Shown here: positions 12,089-22,430 of the stretch, in pieces
Position numbering within the stretch: the first letter of the stretch is position 1
Layout of the letters: each line of letters begins with the position of its first letter
Source: Tubulanus polymorphus
Lineage: Eukaryota; Animalia; Nemertea
Assembly (NCBI RefSeq): GCF_964204645.1
Contig: NC_134025.1
Span: forward strand, 6,882,001-6,946,000
Direction: 5' to 3'
DNA: 64,000 bases
Made by a program: the position numbers and the translations under genes
Notes under the pieces: model-generated
The model's database searches: none
Seen by the model: only the letters and a program-made list of their open reading frames with translations
What the model was told of the DNA's origin: nothing

Positions 12089-14914
12089 TTATTCCATTCT
12101 TTCGGAAATGGTAATCCAAATCTCCTTGTCGGGATACGTTACCAGACCATAGACTGGAGTGATAACCTGATCAGGAACCATCTTTATTTCAAAGCGCCTG
12201 ATAATCCGGGCAATATAAATATAGCTTTCATTTTGCGCAAATTTGCATCCAGGACATTTTCTTTTCCCAGCGAATCCAAATGGTTCGAATGCGTGTGGTG
12301 GACGAGTTTTAACTTGTTCACGCGAGAACCTTTCCGGATCGAATCTGAAATTGATTCATCAAAGATATCCGTTGTTATCTAGACGGGTGTTGGCCTCAAA
12401 CTTGTGAAAAACTTCCGAGACCGATTCCGACTCGGACTTTGTCTAAAGACTTAAGATAATTTTGCACAGAAGTCTCGACTATGGAACGGGCCCCTGGTGT
12501 ACACAATACTTACGTATGAGGTTGAGGATATACTTTTTCATCGCGGAAACTAACTCCCAATGCTTGAATAACTGGTGTCTATAATAGAAATGTATTCATC
12601 ATCATTTATGCATTCAAGATAGCTTTACTTAACGCTCTCAATGTTTAAGCCATCCTCACTCCTTTCGGTATTTCATGTCCACCTAACGTGCTGTCTGTAT
12701 CTAAATTGACACGGGCCGCCCAAGGGGCCACAGCAGCGCATCGCAAAGTTTCATCAAAAACTTGTTGTAAGTAGCTGAAAAAATGTTAAAAATCAATCTT
12801 ATCTTTGAAATGAACAATTACACTTAGCCTTATGTGTGACTACTCACGGCATCTGCATAATAATATCAGGAGTTATTTCTACATTTCTATCCAATATTTT
12901 TGATAATTCTTTGAAATGTTTATCTTGTACGTCGGTATGCATCGCCAGAAAATACAGTGCCCATATCATCGCTAAAAAGAGATCCATTGGTTTGAACTTT
13001 GAATTTGAAGCAATCTATTGAAAGCTAAATTAAATGATTTTTTTAATGAAAAATGCGTGTTCACAGTTAGCGCTCGTGTGATATCCAGCAACCATGAATG
13101 TCGAAGCGTCACTAGTAATCTCTTCTTCATCATCCGATGACTCAAGGATAACATCAATAAGAAGGTGTGCTCCATCAGTAGGTGGATTGTTACGGCGTTG
13201 TTCAATTACTTCTGCAACCATTGATTGCAGCTGTTCAATAGCTGTAAAATACCCCATAATAATTCATAACGGGATTATTCAATTCTGCAGCGATTTTCAG
13301 AATTAGATACCTAATTTGTAGCATTTTTCCTCAGGACTTCCCGGTTTGGATGGTGTGGCAGAAACTGTATTTTCTATTTCAGTCCAGACCTGGAGGTTGG
13401 AAAGATAGTTTCGCTACGTCCGATTTCATTTGATACGTATATAGTCATAGCGCCTTATCCTTAAGAGTTAATGACGATACTTGATCAAATTAAAGATATA
13501 TCTTACAATATCATAGCATTTTCCGAATGCTTTTATTGCTTCGTCGTCATTGAAATAATCCCCAAAACTTCCTTTCGTTATTGATTTCAATGCAAGTGCA
13601 GTCATGTGATTTCTGAGAGGAATATGCTGATCATTAGTAAGCATAGTCCATTTGTCAGTCAGTTCTTCAGCTAGCTGAAAAATCGAATTCAGAAATTAAG
13701 GTATGCTGCCAAGGAAACATTTGACCACATTCTGTGGGTGTAGAAGGATAGTTGGCCTTATGTATGAACGAAAAATCGCTAGCTTTTCTGTTTTCCGTGC
13801 TGTTTCTGCTAATGGAAAGTGAACACTCACAGCGGAAAATTTGTACTTACTTCATTAAACAATGGATACAAAAGGCTCACTTCGTGATGACTGTAAGGAC
13901 GATCGTAAAGCTTTCTCCGCAGACGACCCTCCGCGCCATTAGCATACTGTATGGATCTTACACCGAACATTGGTTCTACGAATTTGAACAGTTCGGCTGC
14001 AAAATGATATATTTAATTTTGATTTTGATACTTTATACCCATCATAGTTGAAGGTTCACTTTATTTGAAGAGATTTCAGAGATCTTACGTGGTCGATCAA
14101 ACAGAGCGTTCTGTTCTGTAAATAGTTCTGGAGATGATATACTAACAGTCATCTTTTCTCCCATCCAGAAGGATATGATTGGTCCATGGGTTTTATGGGT
14201 TTCTAACAGAAATTCATGTAGACTTCCGGCTTTTCTTAGATCAGCCAAATTTCCTTCTCTGGGTGAAAATAACATAGATAATGATAATGAAAATGACGGA
14301 TAGCTTCAATGTCTATGTATATGTACATACGTATAGTCATACTTAGGGTCTGATGGCTTCAATCCCGGAATTGTTGTTTGTTTGATTTCTTCTTTCTGAA
14401 ATGGAAAGAGCTTTTGCTTGGTCCACGATCATTTCTTGAATACGTCAATGTCAAGACCACAGAAACTGACGAAAAGAGGGTAAGGGGACGCGGGGACGGT
14501 ACCCCACTAAATACCATGCAGTACATTAATGACACAAATTTGATGTTGGAATCGGGCTTGGAATTATTAATTTCGTTTGTTCGTTTTAATCTGTGATGTG
14601 CTATGTATCTGATAAATGGAAATAAATAGTTTCCCATAATGAAAACATATTGAACTGGATGTTGTATTGAAAAGTAAACGAGTAAACGATTATTACTTTT
14701 TAATTCCATTATCAGAATGAAATTTGGCTAATTGCTAATGATGTTCGTTCGTTTTTTTTGAATCTGTGATGTGCTATTTTTCGACATATTCATTCATTTT
14801 CAGAATTCAATTTGTTCATTTGATTAGACGCTGTAAGCTTACCTCATAGAAATAGACAAATGCAATTATACTAGCAATAAAAACAGCAAAAAATATCATC
14901 AAACTGAACATCAT
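12089..14914 (-). CDS. CYP20: Cytochrome P450 CYP20-family paralog 4, 11 coding exons
   Basis: MMFSLMIFFAVFIASIIAFVYFYE; EGNLADLRKAGSLHEFL; AGYHTSA; ETLRCAAVAPWAAR; FGFAGKRKCPGCKF; ends WITISERME*. Confidence 0.92.
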
Positions 14915-15460
14915 CAGTACACCTGTTCAACCACGTGAAAATCCTTTCGCGAACAAAAATGGACGATGAATGTTTGTGATCTTCGATGTAATACGCGAAC
15001 TATATCAAGACGGATGATTTGAATAAAATAACGCATGATGCTTATCATGGTTTATTTTTGTCTTGCGCACGACAGCGATTTCTGATTATATATAAAGATC
15101 AAAGTCTAAATGACACACACCACCGTTATGTTGCAATAAATCATGTAATCATGACCATCGCAAAAAGAAATGGTTTTATGCTTATCTTTGTTGACATATG
15201 TATCGCTTCATGTATACGTATAATGTTTTATTTTATAGTGCATAGTGTCAATGAATCGCATTTATGTACTGCATATACATTTCGTTTTCAAATTTTGTTT
15301 TATTATTTAATGATTTTCATGACATTAGACGAGTTTTCAATTACAAATGTGAACACGTTTTACGTATCTATTTTGGTAAGATTATGGTTTTGAATCTGGT
15401 ACAGTAAAATCCTTGTTTTGTTGAATATTGTTCTAGATTTATGTTAATGACCTGGAGAGG

Positions 15461-15514
15461 TTATTGACTTCTTCTGAAAAAAACGAATACAGCAAATATT
15501 ATCAAATCAAGCAT
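15461..15514 (-). pseudogene. Orphan degenerate CYP20 first exon
   Basis: ATG at 15514 reads MLDLIIFAVFVFFRRSQ*, resembling the MLDFAIFAVTF/MLDLTV starts of the paralogs; early stop, no own downstream exons seen. Confidence 0.55.
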
Positions 15515-16430
15515 CGTGGTTTATGTGTGGCAACGTCTACTAGGGAATCAACTTGCACACAGTCTGTTCTTGAGCCAAACTGAGGACTTTTCCAATCAGA
15601 TCAGACCAATAGTCAGAATGTACGCAACTTTTCCTTTGTCGAAAACAAATAAGCTTATCTGAGACCGCGCAATGACGTTTTTGCGTTGACAGCGATTTCT
15701 AGTTTACTCATCGCAAAACTATAGACCACTACGTTTTTTATTCTTAACATCAAGTTTGTCTGTTCAAGACGCCGGATACATTCATCTTAGAGCGGCAATC
15801 AGTTTGCGTGAGAAAAAGATGTTCTTTAAAATGTGACTCGCGATTGCTTAGCATAGTGGCATCTTTGAATCCACAATACATGAAATGGTGAAGGTTTTAA
15901 CGTCAAATGCCTTTGGCACGAAATACGTGCACGCATTTTACATGTCGTTGCCTGTGAGTTTGAGGTTCCACAACTTTCCTCTCTACATATTTTTTTTCTT
16001 TCCTTCAGAAATCGCCTGATAAAACACCTAACACTGAATCAGTTTTTTTTATAACATAAATTTTATTTCTATTGCCTTTACGTAGACCAGCACCAAAATA
16101 TGACCTCATGTAACACATTAACTGACAGACTGGCAAGAACATTGGCCCTTAAAGCAGGGAAACAGAATCGAACACGTTTGACCTAGGAAACATTGTTTAC
16201 CATGTTTCTCCGTAAATGCACAAAACACGGAGAATTGCTCAGAAACACGTTTCTGTCTCCCCGCATTGCGTTGGGACTCAGGATCTTCTTTTCTGAGCTT
16301 GAAATACCTTTGATTTTAGCTTTGAGCTTATATATGTCGATTAATTTCTAATACAGATTTTAAAGATTTTTTTAGTATATATACATCAGTAATATTCAAA
16401 TTTTATAAACATTCAAATTTTGAATGAAAT

Positions 16431-19054
16431 TCATTGATTTCTTTCAGATATGGTAATCCAGATTTCTTCATCGGGCTGGGTTACCAGACCATAGACCGGA
16501 GTGATAACTTGGTCAGGAACCATCTTTAATTTAAATTGTCTGATAATTCTAGCAATAAAAATATAGCTTTCGGTCTGTGAAAATCTGTATCCGGGACATT
16601 TTCTCTTTCCAGCGAATCCAAACGGTTCAAATGAGTGTGGTGGACGAGTCTTTAATTGCTCTTTTGAGAACCTCTCTGGATCGAATCTAAAAGGATTAAT
16701 TTTAAAATATTCACTAATTGTTCATGATTTCAAAGGAATAATTGGGTCTGTTTGGAAATGCAACACAGCAGTCGTATATATTTACTTGTGCGGCTGTGGA
16801 TACAACTTTTCATCTTGAAAGCAAACTCCTAATGCGTGGATGACTGGCGTCTGAAATCATAAATATCCATTCAAACCAATCAATCATCTTCCATCTTACA
16901 CAACCTCAAGAATTATTGAAAGTTTGAAATAAAAACAAAATTTTTACCCCTTGAGGAACAACATGTCCACCCAGCGTAGTATCAGTATCGGGCTTGTAAC
17001 GAGCAGCAATAGGACCCACAACAGCACAGCGCAAAGTTTCATCAACAACTTGTTGTAAATATCTGAGAAAATTGCTGAACTATATTATTTGAACAACTGA
17101 AATTACCAGTAAAACCAATAACACCAGGAACATGACTAATATCTTACGGCATCTGTTTAACCATATCAGGAGTCATTTCTTCTTTTATGTTCAAAGTTTT
17201 CGAAACTTCTTTGAAGAGTTTGTCTTGTACATCGGAATGCGTTGCCAAGAAATAAAATGCCCATGTCATCACTGAAAGGTTAAAGAAAACTCATCGGTTT
17301 AAATCGCAGTTTTCAGATTGCAGTGGATTCGCTGTACTCACAGCTTCCCGTTGTATGGAACCCTCCAATCATATATGCCAAGACATCACAAGCCTTCTGC
17401 TCATCGTCAAAATCTGATTGGAGTATAACATCAATGAGAAGAAGTCTTTCATCAGTAGGTGAGTTGTTACGGCGATGTTTTATTATTTCAGCAATCATCG
17501 ATTTCAACTGTTCAAGAGCTGTAAAAATCACACCAATAGACCTAACATGAATATCTTCCGTTTCCAAATATTTGAAGATGAAATTTTTAATTTGATTTCA
17601 AACCAGAATTCAGTTGACTGTACCTGACTTGTAACGTTTCTCCTCAGCACTGCCCGGAGTTGATGGTACAGAAGAAACAGTACGCTCAATTTCATTCCAG
17701 CACTTAATGAGACGGAAAAACATTTATTCACAGCCATCATTATTATGTGCTACGTGCAAATTGGAGAAATGAACTTACGATATCGTAACATTTTCTGAAG
17801 GTCATAATTGCTTTATCATCATTGAAATAATCGCCAAAACTTCCTTTAGCAATAGATTTCAATGCAAGTGCAGTCATGTGATTTCTGACAGGAATATGCT
17901 GATCATCAACCATCGTAGCCCATTTGTTAATTAGCTCTTCAACCATCTGGATAATAGAATATCATACATCAGCTAGGAGTGATAACGAGAGACAAGATAT
18001 CTGCAGAAGAATATTTACCAGAAAACAAATTACACCTAAACACAATTTCCTTTTTCACAGCTTCAAATAGGAATTACGGTTCAACACATACAGTCCAGTA
18101 CAGGAACCTTGAAATATTTAACAAGTTAATGGAATTTACCTCATTCAACAATGGATACAATGCGCTCACTTCTTGATGACTGTAACAGTTATCATAAAGC
18201 TTTCTTCTCTGGCGGGCGTCAGCACCATTAGCAAACTGTATTGATTTGGCACCGATCAATGGCTCAAATAATTTGAAAATATCGGCTAAAAAATAAGACT
18301 TCAGTTAGAGCAGTGGTTTAGAAGTCACAAGTTTTCATGAACGCACAATATTTCTACGTGTCTCACGTGGTCGATCAAAGGTGGACGCGTGCTCAGAGAA
18401 TAGTTCTGGAGACGAGATGCTAATGGTCATCTTTTCTCCCATCCAGAAAGATATGATTGGTCCATGAGTTTTGTGGGTTTCGAGCAGGAATTCGTGGAGA
18501 CTTCCGGTTTTTCTAATATCAGGCAAATTTCCTTCTCTGAAGACAAAAAATAACAGTACGGTTGCTAAAATATAATCATATGCATCCACTATCCTGGCCT
18601 AACCTCCAGCTGATATATCAAAATCAAAAGTGAACGCTTATAAATTAATGTCTATTTAACCCTCCCATATAATAATATAAAAACAAGTAGGCCTATTATA
18701 TCTTACTTAGGGTCTGATGGCTCCAATCCCGGTATTGTTGTTTGCTTTTTCGCAGTCTGAAATAAGAATAAAACTTAGAGGATAGATTTGACTCACCAAG
18801 AAGGTCACATGATGCCAATGCCATGAAATCGGAAAAGATAATAAAGAAGAGTTCGCAAACCGAATCAATAAAACAATTCAATATACGAATATAGATTATC
18901 TATCTCTCTCTATATATAAAGTTACTGCTCCGCTGAACCCTCGTAAAAAAGACACGAGCATGACTAAATAATAGGTACTTACAGGATAAAGCCATATGAC
19001 AGCTATGATGAGTGCAGTAACAAATGTCACTGCAAATATTGCAAAGTCTAACAT
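16431..19054 (-). CDS. CYP20A1: Cytochrome P450 20A1 ortholog-like (paralog 5, likely ancestral-type copy), 11 coding exons
   Basis: Exon 1 MLDFAIFAVTFVTALIIAVIWLYP closely matches the remembered human CYP20A1 N-terminus MLDFAIFAVTFLLALVGAVLYLYP; GNLPDI..GSLHEFL; GGFHTTG; ETLR; FGFAGKRKCPG; ends EEIWITISERNQ*. Confidence 0.93.
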
Positions 19055-19149
19055 ACTTTACTTTTCAGTCAAGAAGATACACATAAGGAAAATACTTTTA
19101 CAATCGGCGATTTGACAACGAATGACGGATTTATTGATTTATTGCCACA

Positions 19150-19190
19150 TTTACTTCCGGGTTAGGACCGTACGGTGCTGCCACGTCACG
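19150..19190. promoter_or_regulatory. Proximal promoter motifs of CYP20 paralog 5 (ETS-type TTTACTTCCGGGTT, CRE/E-box-like CCACGTCACG)
   Basis: About 100 bp upstream of the ATG; the same 14-mer occurs upstream of PRIM1. Confidence 0.5.
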
Positions 19191-22100
19191 GCTTAAAGAA
19201 CAAGTATTGTTAGACAGGTTGCCTGTATATTTCCGCAAGAAATAACCAGTCTACAAGAATCTCCGGCGGGTAGAGCAGTGCGCAAGCGTGTGGGTCATGG
19301 CGGGAAATCAGGTTATTTACGGTTCACTACACATCGAAAGATGATGTAGAATGAGAGCTTATTTTCTCAAGGGATACAAATAATGGTGAAATCGCCTACC
19401 GGGTATCTTGTGTCCCGCATTGAATCCCTTACACTCAAAGCACGACCAGGCTACGAGCTCAAGCAAAACCATTTCCATTAATTATTGTAGACCAAAATAA
19501 CCAATACATTGCCAAATTCTAGATATGCGCAATTCTGGATATGATATTCCACCTAAGAATGATTCCGGTTTTCTCGAAATTCTGAAATATTTCGAACCTA
19601 TAAATAGATCAGGATTTTCTGAATTTAGTTCTTTTCGGTATTCGTTGGAATCTCGCAATTTTCAACTGAGATATATTTCCCATTTTTTTCGTTCTATTTT
19701 TCACCGAGACCATAATAACGACGACAGTTCTTTTTCTAGCAGCCTAGACGTTTTCTCATTTTCTTCGTAATTACCTTTCAAATTTGAACAATCAGTGCAC
19801 GCATTATGTTGCATGTAAAATGACACTCGCTCTTCAAAGCACACATCACTCGTTGAATCAACTGAATTATTGAATGTGCCAACATTCTGATTACAAGTAC
19901 TTCTCATTGATTAAACTGGATTTTATAGATTGGTCATTAAATGCAGATTTTATCATCGGCGCGATACCTTTCTCACGAGACACTGCTGCGTCTAATTGCG
20001 AAGAACACGACGAGAAACATTCTGCTGGAACAACAATCGTTCATTGTTTCCGATGGTAGACATTATTGGCGTATATATCGACGTGTCCTCTTTATGACTG
20101 GAGACGATTGGGCTATTCGTCAGAACTAACATCATTACGGCGACGGAGGTAAAAGAGGGTATCTTCAGCCGCAGAGACTGTCGCGTCGAATTCATAACTA
20201 TGCAGTAACGAACTAGATGAATGCAATAAATTATATCAATATCCGCAGCCTGAATGAAATACACGTTTCGAACGTAAACGCGACAACGGATTCGAAGCGG
20301 TAGCTGGAAATGTTGTAGAGAAACAGTTGTTTGAAATGATATTATACCGATGTTTGGCCGCGCGTGGTATCGACGATGATGATATGATATTTAAAGATAG
20401 TTGGATCACGTTTTTTATTCGATATGCGATGATGTTTCAACAACGATGCAGATCGGGTAAGCTCAAACCTTTTGTTCGTCACTGGTTTCCACGTAACGCC
20501 ACGTAGGAATTCATCTTAGACGCCGCTATGCTTCTTAATTTGCACGTTGAATTTCAGAATTGTGATTATTAACTTAATACGAAATTAGTTTCTCGCTTTG
20601 AAATGAAGAAGAACCAATATAATCTACTACAAATAGGCCTATAATTACAATGCTGAGTAACACAATAATTTTCTATAGAAAAAAATATGATTAAAAACGA
20701 CGGATGCAAACTAGCCATCAATATACATCTATCAGTATACTGACTTTCTTCATTCAGCTTATCCTGATCCGACAATTTGATCGCCATTAAAATCAATATT
20801 GAATATGTATTATCTATACCATTTACACCCCAAATCAAAAAAAAAAAAACAGGCTTTCTAAACGATTTATCAACGAATGTATGTATGATTATTGGGATAT
20901 CAAAAATGATTGGAAACGCTTTTCTCGAATATAAGTATATGTTTTTAATTTAATGGCTCTTTGGTCGATTCAATTTTATCTCCATTGCACCGATAGTTAA
21001 CATTTCCTATGTAATGCACTGTATGTTTCCTATAGCTGATCAGTAACATTTCAGCTTTATATTCTGCTCATACTGATTATACTCGGCCATACGATATTAA
21101 TTCATTCGTGGGAAAACAACGAAATAAATTCACATCATTAGCTTGACTTACTCCCATGTACTGACAAAACTAAAAATATGCCTCATTAATATTGAAATTG
21201 ACATTCTTACATGCTATTGTGTGTTAATACGATGCCTGGTATAATAAACCCGACATATTGAAACGAATAATGTTCGGTATTAATAGAGTATAGATAGACT
21301 GAAAATACATTGTTTTTTTCTACGTGAATTCTAACGTCAATCAAATAAAAATATCATTCCTAATACTTCTCACGTTTTTCCTTTGCATAATGTAAATAAT
21401 CGTAAGATTGTTTTGGAATCGTTGAGTTAGCCGTCTGCTGGTTGTCAAGTAGAATGTGTGAAACATGTCTCACTGCATCTTCTTCTGTCTTGTTCAGAAT
21501 AATGTCGGCAGGTCATCCCGATTATTCATTTAGTAAATGGCTTCGAAAGAATCAAAACCGTTCTACAGATTTCTCAATAAAAAGTGATTTAGCCATCTAT
21601 TAGATAATTGACTTCTGAGAAAACGGGCGTCTTGCGCTCAAATATACGCCGTTTGTATGACGTCACAAATGTATATTCAATGCGAGGTAAATGTTCGCAT
21701 ACTTGTATGAGTTAATTAATTCTGGTGTAAACTTGATTAGGTTAACACACGCAAGGAATACATCGGGACACGCGGCGACCAAGGCACCTTCAATGAAACC
21801 GGAGACCATCACTGCACTCTACATAGAATTCCTCGCGTTCCAAACACCGATCAAAAAGAAGCAAAATCCCGCATGCACCGGTGACTGAAATCGACGGAGA
21901 AGCATAAGGAACAACGGAACCTTACTCCTAATTGGAACAAGTGCGTTTTCAGAGTCGGTCTGATAACCCGAGCAGTAATTTCAAAATTTATTCGTTATTT
22001 CGGTATGAGTTTGTTTAACCGGGATTGTAAATCGCATGTTATGGTATGAGGTTGCGTGCCACGTGATGCCAATGAACGACAAAATAATTGTTTCATAAAC

Positions 22101-22430
22101 AGTTCTAGTAGTGAGATGATCACAAACTAGTTCTGAATAAATACATTTTTGTCGCTATTACGGTATCGTCAATTTTGCCGGCAAAACCGTTGCGATTCAG
22201 GATTGAAATATACGTGGCTGTTATCTTGTAACTGTGTCTTTCGGTGTCGCGAATAGCGGGAAAGTCCACATCTAGTTTATTGGTTGTAGATAAACTGTAG
22301 ATGTTGACATAACGCGTCACTAATATGTATACATGTAACTTATCTATCTTGCAAACATAGTCTTTCTTCATCGGCAGTGCGACGTCCACGTTCGTAAATG
22401 CTTAGTGGTTTCTAATGTCTCCCCGTGGCA

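Noticed and set aside
16150-16266. Possible MITE relic (gcagggaaacagaa / ttctgtctccccgc)
   Set aside because: TIR short and mismatched, no TSD.
2730-18881. Numerous plus-strand and off-frame short ORFs over the CYP array
   Set aside because: Antisense or frame shadows of the real exons.
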